A stretch of DNA of 64,000 nucleotides from contig CAWJPJ010000007.1 in the NCBI GenBank assembly GCA_963844715.1, positions 640,001-704,000 on the forward strand, given 5' to 3'. The stretch is from an uncultured Phycisphaerales bacterium (GTDB taxonomy: Bacteria > Planctomycetota > Phycisphaerae > Tepidisphaerales > Tepidisphaeraceae). A model generated the notes under the pieces. That model did not search any database. It was given only the letters and a program-made list of their open reading frames with translations, and had not been told where the DNA came from. Numbering within the stretch: the first letter of the stretch is position 1; every line of letters begins with the position of its first letter. Below are positions 43,534 to 54,036 of this stretch, in pieces. The position numbers and the translations under genes are program-made.

Positions 43534-43763
43534 AACCGGTGAGACCACGAAAACCAGCCAGACGCCGCGACCCCAACCGATATCCAAAGGGCTGGAACCG
43601 AAAAAAAGTGCAGCGGGTCATCGCATATTACGAAAATCAGACGGACGACGAAGCGATTGCCGAGGTCGAGGCGGCGTACAAGGATGCTTCCACCACGATG
43701 ATGCAGATTCCCAACAAACTCGTTCCCGCCGTCGAAAAGCTCATCACTAAGCGCGCGGGCTGA
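43530..43763 (+). CDS. Putative antitoxin
   Basis: 77 aa, YPKGWNRKKVQRVIAYYENQTDDEAIAE; ATGA-coupled to the toxin. Confidence 0.6.
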   Translation: MKPVRPRKPARRRDPNRYPKGWNRKKVQRVIAYYENQTDDEAIAEVEAAYKDASTTMMQIPNKLVPAVEKLITKRAG

Positions 43764-43820
43764 ACTCCCCCTAACCCGCACGACCGTGAAGAACCGGCTA
43801 TGGGTAACTATTAATAAAAC

Positions 43821-44738
43821 TTACGCCGCGCCCGGCTGATTCACTCCGGTATCCGCCGGATCGGCGAGATTATTCGCTTGCCCGAGATTGGTCAGGCTGT
43901 ACTGAATCGCCTCCAGGTGCGTGCACAGGACCCCCATATCGTTCGGCCGGCGGGCTGGATTTGTGTGGCAGCAGTCCATGATCAAATTCGACAGGTTCTC
44001 CGGGATGCGCGGATTCAATTCCCGCGGCGAGGGGATGGCATCAGCCAATAGGAAGCTGTTCTGCGATTTCTTCAGCGTGAACAGCGTCGGCAGCTTTTTG
44101 CCGCTGAGAATGTTGTAGAACGTCGTGCCGAGGTTGTAGACGTCGGTCTGGATCGTCACCGGCTCGCGCTTGACTTGTTCGGGGGAAATGAAATCCGGCG
44201 TTCCCTGGATTCGCTTTTTGATTGTTCCGACGGGGCAAGCCTGTCCCAGATCAATCACTTTCACTTTTCCATCGGAATCGACCAGGATGTTATTGGGTTT
44301 CAGGTCGCAGTGGACGAAGCCCAATTGATGGAGAGCCTGCAGGCCCTGGGCGGTCTGGAAGATGATCTGGATGGTCGAGTCGATCGACTCGGGGGCGTGG
44401 GCCTCGCAGGAAACGCCTTCGACCATTTCGAGAATCAACGCCGCTTCCGTTGTTTTGCGGAGCAGGGTTTTGGTCACCTTCATGTCGATGCTGCGGCGGA
44501 GCAGGGGGTGCTGCACCTTGGAGCCGACTTCAAATTCAGTCATTAACTGATCGACGAAGCGCAAGTCTTTTTCGTTTTGGACGACGACGTGCTTGAGCGC
44601 ATAAAGCTGGCTCGTTACGGGGTCACTCACGGCGTAAATGGCGCTGCCGGCCCCTTCGCCGAGGGGCGCGATGACTTCGTACCCGTAGATCAGACGGGGC
44701 GTGCCGGGCCTCGAAATGGACGAAACAGCACTGGTCAT
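43821..44738 (-). CDS. Hanks-type Ser/Thr protein kinase (soluble)
   Basis: LGEGAGS, YALK, HCDLKPNN, IDLG, GTPDFISPEQ, DVYNLG. Confidence 0.92.
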   Translation of the reverse strand: MTSAVSSISRPGTPRLIYGYEVIAPLGEGAGSAIYAVSDPVTSQLYALKHVVVQNEKDLRFVDQLMTEFEVGSKVQHPLLRRSIDMKVTKTLLRKTTEAALILEMVEGVSCEAHAPESIDSTIQIIFQTAQGLQALHQLGFVHCDLKPNNILVDSDGKVKVIDLGQACPVGTIKKRIQGTPDFISPEQVKREPVTIQTDVYNLGTTFYNILSGKKLPTLFTLKKSQNSFLLADAIPSPRELNPRIPENLSNLIMDCCHTNPARRPNDMGVLCTHLEAIQYSLTNLGQANNLADPADTGVNQPGAA

Positions 44739-44921
44739 CTTTGAAACACTATATGCGTGTCCCGTGGGGGTGGTTGCGTTACACCCTATTCTAATACGCC
44801 CGAAACCCGCTTGTATTTAGTGCAAGAATCGGTTTTGAGGGAAAATAGATAAAATGCGCGACCGTCGGGGTGGGTCTATTCCGATGGTGCGGCTTCCGGG
44901 GCGTTCCCGCGGCCGGTAAGA

Positions 44922-46434
44922 CTACTTTTTCCAAACCTTGCTTTTGAAGTCGGTTAGAAGCTGTTTGAGTTTCCCTTCCAGGTCGGCGGTCAATTCCTTT
45001 TTCTCGGCCAATTCCTTGCGGAATTCCGGGCCGCTGGCATCGATGTAGGAAAGGAACGCTTTTTGAAATTCCTGGATGCGCGACAGGGGCACATCGTCCA
45101 AATACCCCTGGGTGCCGGAATAAATAACCATGACTTCCTGCTCAAACGGGAAGGGGCCGTATTGCGGCTGCTTGAGCAATTCGACGAGTCTCGCACCGCG
45201 ATCGAGCTGCGATTGCGTGGCTTTGTCCAGTTCGGTTCCTAACTGTGAGAAGGCTTCCAATTCGCGATAGGCGGCCAAGTCGAGTCGCAAGGAGCCGGCG
45301 ATTTTTTTCATCGCCTTGGTCTGGGCATTTCCGCCGACGCGCGAGACGCTGATGCCGACGTTGATCGCGGGACGGACGCCGGCGAAGAAGAGATCGGGTT
45401 CGAGATAGATTTGTCCGTCTGTAATGCTGATAACGTTGGTGGGGATGTAAGCCGAGACTTCGCCTTCCTGAGTTTCGATGATTGGCAGGGCGGTCAGGCT
45501 GCCGCCGCCTTTTTCTTCGGAAAGCTTCACGGCGCGTTCGAGCAATCGGCTGTGCAAATAGAAGACGTCGCCGGGATATGCCTCGCGGCCGGGGGGGCGG
45601 CGAAGGAGAAGCGAAAGCTGGCGATACGCGGCCGCCTGCTTGCTCAGATCGTCATACACGCAGAGGGTCGCCTGCCCCTTCCACATGAAATATTCCGCCA
45701 TGGCGCAACCGGCGTAGGGGGCAATATATTGAACCGGGGCGGGGTCGCTGGCGCCGGCGACGATCACCGTGGTGTATTCCATCGCGCCGTGCGAGCGCAG
45801 AACGTCCACCACCTGTGCGACGCTCGATTCCTTTTGTCCGATGGCGACGTAGAAGCATTTTACGCCGGTGCCTTTTTGATTGATGATCGTGTCGAGTGCG
45901 ATGGCGGTTTTGCCGGTTTTGCGGTCGCCGATGATCAGTTCGCGCTGGCCGCGGCCGATGGGGATCATGGCGTCGATCGCCTTGATGCCGGTTTGGAGGG
46001 GCTCCTTCACGGGCTGCCGCTCGGCGATGCCGGGGGCGACGATGTCCATCTTGCGCGATTCGGTGGAGTTAACCGGCGGGCCGCCGTCGATCGGCTGGCC
46101 GAGGGGATTGAGGACGCGGCCCACGACTCCGTCGCCGACGGGCACTTCGAGCAGGCGGCCGGTGCGTCTTGACGGTGTCGCCTTCCTTAATCGTCAGATA
46201 GTTCCCGAAGATGACGGCGCCGATGGAGTCTTCCTCGAGGTTGAAGACCTGGCCCATGGTTCCGTTTTCGAATTCGAGCAATTCGCCGGCCATGGCGTTG
46301 CGCAGACCGTAAATGCGGGCGATGCCGTCGCCGACTTCGATGACGGTGCCGACCTCGTTGATCTGAAGCCGCTGCTCGAACCCGGCGATCTCTTTCTTCA
46401 GAACACTGGTGATTTCGGTGACATTGATGGCCAT
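44922..46434 (-). CDS. atpA: F1 ATP synthase alpha; frameshift near 46170
   Basis: [39 protein letters not shown]. Confidence 0.96.
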
Positions 46435-46456
46435 TGTTTAGCTCGCTGAAAATCTT

Positions 46457-47016
46457 TTAGTTAGGTTTAGCCGCCAGGAGGCGGTGGCGCATTGCCTGAA
46501 GCTGGGCTCGGACGCTGCCGTCGATGAGCTGGTCCTGCACGCGCAGGATGATCCCGCCGATGATGGTCGGGTCGGTGTATTCGTGGACGACGGCGTCGTG
46601 CTTGAGCGCCGCGCCGACTTTCTGGCGAACCGATTCCAACTGTTCCTTCGCCAGCGGCTGGGCGACGGTGACATCCACTTCGACTTTTCCCTGCTGCTGA
46701 TCGAGCAGATCGTCGTAGGCTCCGGCGATCCCCGCCAGATGATCGAGGCGATTTTCTCATTCAGCAGGAGGAGGGCATCGACCAGCAACTTGGAAGCGCG
46801 GCCGGCGAAGACGTTGTGGATGAGCTTGGCGCGTTCCTCGTTGCCGATGGCGGGGTCGGCGAGGACTTCGCCGAAATTGGGGACGGTATCGAGAAGCTGG
46901 CGCAGATCGCGCAGCTCCTGTCCGAGCGCCCCGGCGGTGTTGCTCTCGTTCGCCAGTTCGAGCAGAGCCTCGGCGTATGCCTTGGCCACGGGTGATTGGT
47001 GATTGTCCCTGTGCAT
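46457..47016 (-). CDS. atpH: F1 ATP synthase delta; frameshift near 46750
   Basis: VAKAYAEALLE; DPTIIGGIILRVQDQLIDGSV. Confidence 0.9.
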
Positions 47017-47022
47017 AGTCGC

Positions 47023-47550
47023 CTATTGCCGGCCGATCGACTGCATCTCTTGAAGACTTTGCGAAACCAGATCGCGCTGATCGTTTGCGTTGAGGTTCCG
47101 GCGGATGATCTTTTCGGCGACCTTCGTCGCCAGATCGGCCGCCTGCTCGTAAATCTCGGAGATGGCGACCCGCTTGGCGGCGTCGATTTCCTTGGTGGCG
47201 CGTTCCTTGGCCTCCTCGGCCTCCTGCTGCGCCTTCATCCGGATATTGGTGGCGATGCGCTCGGCGTCGACGGCCGCTTGCGTGAGGAGATCGCGGACCT
47301 TCTGCTCGGCCGTGGCAAGCTGCGCGGAGTATTGAGCGAGGGTCTGCTCGCTCTTGAGCCGCACGGCTTCGGCGTCGGCGATGTCCTTGCGGATGCGCGC
47401 CTCGCGGGCTTTCAGGCCCGCCAGGACGTTCTTCCACGCCGTTCGGTAGAGGATGATCGCGACGACCAGAAATATCCCCAGCACCCAGAGCATGGATGCC
47501 GGGTCGAAGTCGAGCAATTCACCGTCGGCCAGAGGCAATAAATGTGGCAT
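47023..47550 (-). CDS. atpF: F0 ATP synthase b
   Basis: N-terminal TM, AREARI, long helix; position between atpE and atpH. Confidence 0.9.
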   Translation of the reverse strand: MPHLLPLADGELLDFDPASMLWVLGIFLVVAIILYRTAWKNVLAGLKAREARIRKDIADAEAVRLKSEQTLAQYSAQLATAEQKVRDLLTQAAVDAERIATNIRMKAQQEAEEAKERATKEIDAAKRVAISEIYEQAADLATKVAEKIIRRNLNANDQRDLVSQSLQEMQSIGRQ

Positions 47551-47568
47551 GGGGAAATTCCGGCTGGA

Positions 47569-47840
47569 TTACAGTTTCAGCGCCAGCACGAGGGCGAAGA
47601 CGACGGCGGCGAAGGCGACGCCTTCGACGAGTGCGGCGGCGATCAGCATGTTCGTGCCGATGCGGCCGGCGGCTTCGGGCTGCCGGGCGATGCCTTCGCA
47701 GGCCTGCCCGCCGATTTGACCGATACCGCGGCCCGCGCCGATGACGGCCAGTCCCATTCCGATGGCAGCGCCACCGACGCCCAATCCCTTGTCGGAGATC
47801 AGGGCGCCGCCTGCGCCAATACGTTTGCAAGTTCCAACAT
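47569..47840 (-). CDS. atpE: F0 ATP synthase c (H+-type); frameshift near 47803
   Basis: SD AGGAG then ATG 47840; GAGRGIG, ARQPEA, AALVEG. Confidence 0.9.
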
Positions 47841-47949
47841 GATCGACTCCTTTTGGCGGGCAATTCGCCCGCACCTTATGTATGCCGACGTTTTGTTTGG
47901 GAAGGCCCGGTCGTCGGCGAAACCGGGGAGGTCCATCGTGATTGTTCCG

Positions 47950-49072
47950 TCAATGTTCCGGGGCCACGGCGCTGGCGATAAACAGCGTCGTCAAAAATGT
48001 GAAGATGTACGCCTGTAGCACCGCAACGAAAAGTTCGAGAAATTGAATCGACAGATGCAAGGCTCCCAGCGGCACGCCCACGGCAAACTGCGCCCACAAG
48101 ACCGGCATACCGACGATCAGGCTGATCAGCACCGCGAGCACCACGTGGCCGGCAACCATGTTGGCGAACAAACGCATGCAGAGCGCGAATGGCTTGATCA
48201 CCGCGCCGATCAGTTCCAGCACAAGCAGGAACAGGAAAAACGGGACGTCGATAAACCATTTCGCTTTCGATTCGCCGGGTTGCGGCTTGAAGGGGTGCGG
48301 CGCGAAGTTCCATAAATACAGCGGGATCGCCAGAAGGATCGCGAAGGCCGGCGTGATCTTCTTCTGTTCTTTTTCGTAATAATCGAGCGCCGGCTTCCTC
48401 ATGATACCGGGGATCGCGGGGGTAATCACCATCGGCGTAATGCCGGATAGGGTCCGTCAACGCCTTCGGGTCGGCGGGGATGTCCGCCGGAAGGGCTTCG
48501 CCGCGCATGTGCTCCATATCGATCGCGGCTTCGTGCGGCGGATGGCCGTCACTGGAATGCTCGTCGTGATGCCCATGCTGGCCGTAGGTTCCCTCCATCA
48601 GGGCCCGGGCGATGGTGTCGATCCCGTGGAAATGGATGAAGAAGAAAGCGCACAGTGCGAGCGTTGCGGTGGTGTTGATCGATCCCGTCGCGGTGCCGCC
48701 GAGGTGTTTCACGTGGCCGAGGGTGATCAACTCGAAGAATTCCGTGAACGGTATGCATCCGAGGACATTGCAGAACCCGATGAAGAAGAAAACCGTCCAA
48801 AGGAACGGCACGAATTTGTCCGTGTGCTCCTTGAGGGCGGGGCGGAAGACCTCGATGCGCATGAATTCCAGGATCGATTCGAAGAAATTCTTCGCCCCTG
48901 TCGGCGCGGAGCTGTCGGGCCGGGGAAACAATTTCGGGAAGATCAGGAGCATCAGCCCGCCGGCGACGAGAGCCATCAGGCTCTGATTCGTGAACCAGGT
49001 TAGATGGTCCCCGAATATCGGGTGGGGGAGCACATGCTCCATGGGATCGGCGGCGGCGAGAAGGAAGGTCAT
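47950..49072 (-). CDS. atpB: F0 ATP synthase a with large insertion; frameshift near 48400
   Basis: FLWTVFFFIGFCNVLG, TATGSIN, IKPFALCMRLFANMVAGH, LQAYIFTFLT. Confidence 0.9.
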
Positions 49073-49073
49073 A

Positions 49074-49469
49074 TTACGATTGCGTCCCGGCCGAGCCGAT
49101 GTGAGTCAATATCAAGCGCCTGAGTTCCACAACCAGCGTGATCAGCGAAACCCAGTAAGCGCTCAGAAGCCAGAAGACGAACGATAGCCGCGCGGCGACG
49201 ACGTGCGTTCCGATCGCGGCTCCCGCCAGGGCGCTGGCGGCAAAGAGATGCAGTACGGTTCCGACCAGCGCCATCTGGAAGATGGAGGTCAGGTCGTTTC
49301 GGCGCATCCGCATGAGCGGCAGCACGCCGAGGAGTCCGGCAGCGCTACAGATGATCGCGGCGCTGACCGGCTCAAGCGGATTGATCCGCACGCCCGCGCC
49401 CGCGAGGGCGGCCCACGCGAGCGCCATCGCCAACACGACAATCAGCGGAATGGCCAACAGCGACTTCAT
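49074..49469 (-). CDS. AtpI-like membrane protein
   Basis: Four hydrophobic segments; directly upstream of atpB. Confidence 0.55.
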   Translation of the reverse strand: MKSLLAIPLIVVLAMALAWAALAGAGVRINPLEPVSAAIICSAAGLLGVLPLMRMRRNDLTSIFQMALVGTVLHLFAASALAGAAIGTHVVAARLSFVFWLLSAYWVSLITLVVELRRLILTHIGSAGTQS

Positions 49470-49511
49470 CTCTTCCCAAACGTGCCTGTTGAAATCGATC
49501 CCCGGCGGAGA

Positions 49512-49721
49512 TCAGTTCTTGTTTGCTTTAATGGCTTCCTTAATCAGCAGGTAAAACCCCGCGCCGAAGCCGAGGCAACTGCCGACCAGCATGCCCCAGG
49601 GGCTGCTGTGAAATTTTCCGTCGACCCAATAGCCGACCAGGACGCCCAAACCAACGCCCGCGGCGATTTCCAAGCCAGCCGAGGCGAATTTCGCCCAATT
49701 GCTATCGTCCGGCTTGGGCAT
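49512..49721 (-). CDS. AtpZ/AtpI-family protein
   Basis: GVLVGYWVDGKFHSSPWGMLVG signature; first gene of the atp operon. Confidence 0.8.
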   Translation of the reverse strand: MPKPDDSNWAKFASAGLEIAAGVGLGVLVGYWVDGKFHSSPWGMLVGSCLGFGAGFYLLIKEAIKANKN

Positions 49722-49864
49722 CGAAAAAGCTCCATAGGCAAACCGGCGCAGCATTTTGCACAATGCCCATGTGCCTGCAAGCCGGGCGGGTAAATTAGTG
49801 GCGCGGTTCCGCCCGGTCAAGCTCGAACCCTTTCATCGCGGGTTAATTGGCTTACACTTTGGCG

Positions 49865-51751
49865 ATGGGCCACTCGCCCGGGCGGAGGATCGGACTGGGG
49901 TTGCTGCTGCTTCTGGCGGCGGGCATTTTCGCCGCGGGGATCGACTGGGGTCTGCCTTCCTCAAGTCTCGATGCGTGGCTCTGTCCGCCCAGCTCCATAT
50001 CCGCCGATTCCACGCAGCTTTTCACACTTTCCGGAGCGGGCATCGAACACCTGGCCGGTAGCTGGCAGGAGGATGCCGATCGGGGGTCGGACGTCGCCCA
50101 GCATCCGATTTCGAGTCGGTCTGAGCCTGTTGTGCTGATCGAGAATCGAAGGGGCCTCTCAGAGCAGCAGATTCTTGATTCTGGAGATGCCCCGCTGGCC
50201 GGTTTGGTCAAACAACAGGAAGCGGCTCAGAACCTAGCGGATAAATACGGCGCCGATCCAAATGCCCGCGCTTCAAAATTGCACGATGCCGAGATTGCAT
50301 TAACGCAAGCTGGCGACGCTGTTCGGCAATATGTCGACCGCCATAACGCCGACCACTTTCCCGGCCTGACGGAGTCGATTAAGCAGGATCAGATCAACCG
50401 GGCCCGGATCCTTCGCCGCTATCGGCTCTACAGCAACCAGCCTGATGAAATGATCACGTTCCGAGCCCTGGCGCAGATGCATCCCGGCGCCGGGGATTTC
50501 GATCCGCGGCTTTACCAATACGGGGGCTTATGGATCTACCCTGTCGGCGGGTTGCTCAAAGGCCTGAGCTTCATCGGCGTGGTGACGGTCAGCAACGATA
50601 CGACGTACTATCTCGATCACCCGGAAGCGTTCGCTCGTTTTTATATCGTCGCCCGCGCCTATTCCGCCGCATGGGGGCTTGTGGGGGTGCTGGCGATCTT
50701 TTCGCTGGCGCGGCGATTCACGAAAAGCGACGTCCTCGCCGTGGCCGCGGCCATTTGCTTCATCACGATGCCGGTTGTGATCGATCTGGCGCACGAGGCC
50801 AAGCCGCATTTGCCGGGGGCCGTATTGTTGCTCCTGGCGATTTTGGCTGGATGCAAATACGTGGACGCCGGCAAAGCGCGGTGGTGGATTTTCGCTTCCG
50901 TACTCGCGGGGGCGGCGGGGGGGATGATCCTTTCGGATTGCGTTGCGTTGCTGGTCATACCGGCCATGGTCATCGCGCGGCGCGATAAAGCGGGCCGGGC
51001 GAGCGCGATCTGCATCGCCGGCATTCTCATCGCGGCTCTGGTTTATTTCGCGAGCAATCCTTATGTGGCGATTCATTTGCTTGGGGATCGAAAAGTCTTG
51101 ATTTCCAATCTGGGCAACAGCCGGGCGATGTACGGATTTGGAGGATCGCTCGATTTCGTTCGGCTGCTCGCGATCGGGACCGGCGCACCTTTGGCGATCG
51201 CCGGGATTTTGGGTTTGCTTATTATTCGCAAGCGCGGGGCCGGATGGATTCTGGCGGTGCCCGCGCTTGGGGCGACAATTTTGTTCGCGATGGGAGCGGC
51301 GGGAAAGCCGGGGGAGTACGCGCGATTCGCGCTGGTACCGGATATCGCGCTCATACTCGCGGCCATTGGCGCGATCGCCCGCATAACCGATTTTCCGCCG
51401 GCGCGATTGGCCGCTTGTTTCGTGCTGATCGTCCTGACGGAAATTTATGGCCTTTCTTACCAGCACGGTTTCCTGCAAGACGTTTCCCGGGCTCAGGCCG
51501 CGAACCGGCTGATTAAAATGGTTCAATCCGAGGCGACCAATCGCACTTTAAGTTTGGCTGTTTACTCCGAGCCCGCGCCGTATTGCCTGCCGCCGGTTGA
51601 TTTATTCCGGTGGAAGATCGTGCTCTTGCCAAAAGATGCCGAAGCGGCCGGATACGACGTTTCGATCCGGCCGGATCAGACGTTCAGCGTCTGGGACCCC
51701 CGATGCACACCCATCAGTTGGGCGAACAAGCCGTTCGTGCTATCCTTCTGA
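49865..51751 (+). CDS. Polytopic GT-C glycosyltransferase (ArnT/PMT-like)
   Basis: GIDWGLP, QPDE, multiple TMs, AHEAKPH, SNPY. Confidence 0.7.
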   Translation: MGHSPGRRIGLGLLLLLAAGIFAAGIDWGLPSSSLDAWLCPPSSISADSTQLFTLSGAGIEHLAGSWQEDADRGSDVAQHPISSRSEPVVLIENRRGLSEQQILDSGDAPLAGLVKQQEAAQNLADKYGADPNARASKLHDAEIALTQAGDAVRQYVDRHNADHFPGLTESIKQDQINRARILRRYRLYSNQPDEMITFRALAQMHPGAGDFDPRLYQYGGLWIYPVGGLLKGLSFIGVVTVSNDTTYYLDHPEAFARFYIVARAYSAAWGLVGVLAIFSLARRFTKSDVLAVAAAICFITMPVVIDLAHEAKPHLPGAVLLLLAILAGCKYVDAGKARWWIFASVLAGAAGGMILSDCVALLVIPAMVIARRDKAGRASAICIAGILIAALVYFASNPYVAIHLLGDRKVLISNLGNSRAMYGFGGSLDFVRLLAIGTGAPLAIAGILGLLIIRKRGAGWILAVPALGATILFAMGAAGKPGEYARFALVPDIALILAAIGAIARITDFPPARLAACFVLIVLTEIYGLSYQHGFLQDVSRAQAANRLIKMVQSEATNRTLSLAVYSEPAPYCLPPVDLFRWKIVLLPKDAEAAGYDVSIRPDQTFSVWDPRCTPISWANKPFVLSF

Positions 51752-51754
51752 TTG

Positions 51755-52222
51755 ATGAACGGCGTCACCACCGCCATCCTTCTCTACATTTTTCTTGCCG
51801 TCGCATTCCCATTCCTGGCCAAGAATAAGCCTCAGTTTTACGGCGCACTCGCCGCCGTGCTGGTCATTATTTTCCTGGACGCTATTTCCCATGTGGCGCA
51901 CAGCGATGCTTTTTCGGCGTTCACGTATTTCATGGCCGCGATGATGCAGATTGGGGCGGTGGTTCTCCTGGTGCTTTCGGCCGGGGGGATGAGTCCGAAG
52001 GATTTCAAGAAAGAGATCGGGGACGTGATCGAGGTTGTCCGGCGCGGCGAATCGGAAAAAGAGGTGATCATTCCTCTGCGCGGTTCGCAGCGCCCGGCGG
52101 ACGCGGGCGGGGGAGAAGCTCCGCAAAAGGTGTACAAAATCGACGACCCGAAGGCGCCCCCGGCGAAAAAACCGGCGGCTCCTTCCACGCCCGATTCACA
52201 GGGGCCGCTCCCTTTGTCATGA
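51755..52222 (+). CDS. Hypothetical membrane protein
   Basis: Three TM-like segments and a charged, Pro-rich tail. Confidence 0.65.
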   Translation: MNGVTTAILLYIFLAVAFPFLAKNKPQFYGALAAVLVIIFLDAISHVAHSDAFSAFTYFMAAMMQIGAVVLLVLSAGGMSPKDFKKEIGDVIEVVRRGESEKEVIIPLRGSQRPADAGGGEAPQKVYKIDDPKAPPAKKPAAPSTPDSQGPLPLS

Positions 52223-52333
52223 ACCCGATATTTGGCGGGGCGGACGGATGGCGTTTACAATGGGTCCGGCGGCCGAGATGTCGCGGTCCTGGCGACGCGC
52301 CTTGATTTCTCCGGCAGCTCTTGAGGAGTGACG

Positions 52334-54016
52334 ATGTCGTCAGCCGCTCTGGCAGCAATTCAACTCGGCAGCTACATCAATCCGTGGAAGGTGTTGGCGG
52401 CCGTCATCATTCTTTTTATCTGGGCGCGAGTTCTGACGTGGATCGACAAGGACACCCATGTCGCGCGGCTCTCCCGCGAAATCATCAACAGCGCAATGCT
52501 AGCCGGTTTGGTCCTCGGTTATCTGCTATTTTTCCTGCTCCCCGGTTTTGCGCCCGCGCTGGTGGCGCTGATCGCGATCTTCTTGATCTGCAATACCTTG
52601 TACGGCGTGCTGCGAGCGAGATCGGTCGGCCTCGACGATCTTGCCAATCGTTTTAAGAGCATGCGTGGGCGGATGTTTCGCAAAGGCCAGCCGCGCGAGG
52701 TGAAAGCGGCGACCGGGCAACTGCTCCTGCTCACCAATAAAGGCGCCGCCCAGGCCCCGCCCGAGGAGGGTTCGCCGGACCGCATGCAGTTCGACGCGGC
52801 TCAGCAATTGCTCACCAAGCCCCTGCGCTTTGGCGCCGAGCGGCTGGATTTGACCGCCGGCGAGATGGCGTCCGTTGCTTATATGGTGGACGGCGTCCGC
52901 TACGAAGGCGATCCCATGGACCGGAACAAAGCCGGTGCGGCGGTTCAATACATCAAGCGCGTCGCCGGCCTCGATATGATGGAGCACCGCAAACCCCAGA
53001 CGGGAACCTTCCGAACCCTTTTGGACGGCCAGCGGCATGAGATCCAGATCACGACGTTCGGCAGCGCCGCCGGCGAGTCCATGCGACTGATCTCCGATCC
53101 GCGAACCCGGCACGACTTCAAACTCGAATCCCTCGGGTTCAGCGATGAGCAACTCGCGGCGGTGCAAAATCTGATGATCGATCCCGGGGGCGTCGTTCTT
53201 CTCGCCACGCCGCCGGGGCACGGGCTGACGAGCCTCGAGTATGCCCTGGTGCGGGGGCACGACGCGTTCATGTATCACGTGCACACCGTCGAACGCGGGC
53301 CCGAATTGGAATTGGAGGGGATCACCCAGAATAAGCTCCCGCATAACGTCAATCCGGCGGAAGAGGCCAAGCAGGTCGGATGGGTCATCAGCCAGGAGCC
53401 GGACGTTATGCTCGTCGGCATGGTGGATGATGCGCGGGTCGCGCAGGACCTGGCGCGGTACGCCTCGGAATCGCATCGTATTTACGCCGGTATGCGCGCG
53501 ATCAATACGTTTGATGCCATCGCCCACTGGCGGAAGCTCATCGGCGACGACGAACTGGCCATTTCCCAGTTGAAAATGGTCATCGCGGGGCGCCTGGTTC
53601 GCCGGCTCTGCGCGGCGTGCAAAATGGGATACACCCCTGATCCGAATCAGCTTCGCAAACTGAACATGGACCCGGCTACGGTCGTCAAGCTCTACGCCGC
53701 GCGCAAGGAGCCGATGCGCGATGCCAAGGGAAACGTCGTTCCGTGCACTTTTTGCCAGGACCTGGCGTTCCAGGGACGTTTCGGGGTCTATGAAGTTTTT
53801 ATCATCGACGACGAAGTCCGCCAGGTGGTTCGCTCCGGCGGGACCGACAACCAGCTCAAGCAGGTTTTCCGAAAACAGCAGGGCCGCCTGCTACAGGAGA
53901 TGGCCCTGGCGCATGTACAGGTTGGGGAAACCAGCGTGGAGGAAGTTTTAAGGGTGCTGCGCGGCGATTCGCATCGTCCCGCTCCCCCCCAGCGCATCGT
54001 TAGGATTGCCGGCTGA
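52334..54016 (+). CDS. GspE/PilB-like secretion ATPase homologue with N-terminal TMs and degenerate Walker motifs
   Basis: RKPQTG, GESMRL, EPDVMLVG, RLVRRLCAAC...CTFC, GRFGVYE, GETSVEEVLRV; SD GAGGAG. Confidence 0.8.
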   Translation: MSSAALAAIQLGSYINPWKVLAAVIILFIWARVLTWIDKDTHVARLSREIINSAMLAGLVLGYLLFFLLPGFAPALVALIAIFLICNTLYGVLRARSVGLDDLANRFKSMRGRMFRKGQPREVKAATGQLLLLTNKGAAQAPPEEGSPDRMQFDAAQQLLTKPLRFGAERLDLTAGEMASVAYMVDGVRYEGDPMDRNKAGAAVQYIKRVAGLDMMEHRKPQTGTFRTLLDGQRHEIQITTFGSAAGESMRLISDPRTRHDFKLESLGFSDEQLAAVQNLMIDPGGVVLLATPPGHGLTSLEYALVRGHDAFMYHVHTVERGPELELEGITQNKLPHNVNPAEEAKQVGWVISQEPDVMLVGMVDDARVAQDLARYASESHRIYAGMRAINTFDAIAHWRKLIGDDELAISQLKMVIAGRLVRRLCAACKMGYTPDPNQLRKLNMDPATVVKLYAARKEPMRDAKGNVVPCTFCQDLAFQGRFGVYEVFIIDDEVRQVVRSGGTDNQLKQVFRKQQGRLLQEMALAHVQVGETSVEEVLRVLRGDSHRPAPPQRIVRIAG

Positions 54017-54036
54017 CGACCGGCGGAGTGTAGGTC

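Noticed and set aside
47569..47840. Na+-translocating or N-type ATPase
   Set aside because: The c subunit has EGV rather than the Na+-binding ES(T) motif, and gene order with atpH present is F-type.
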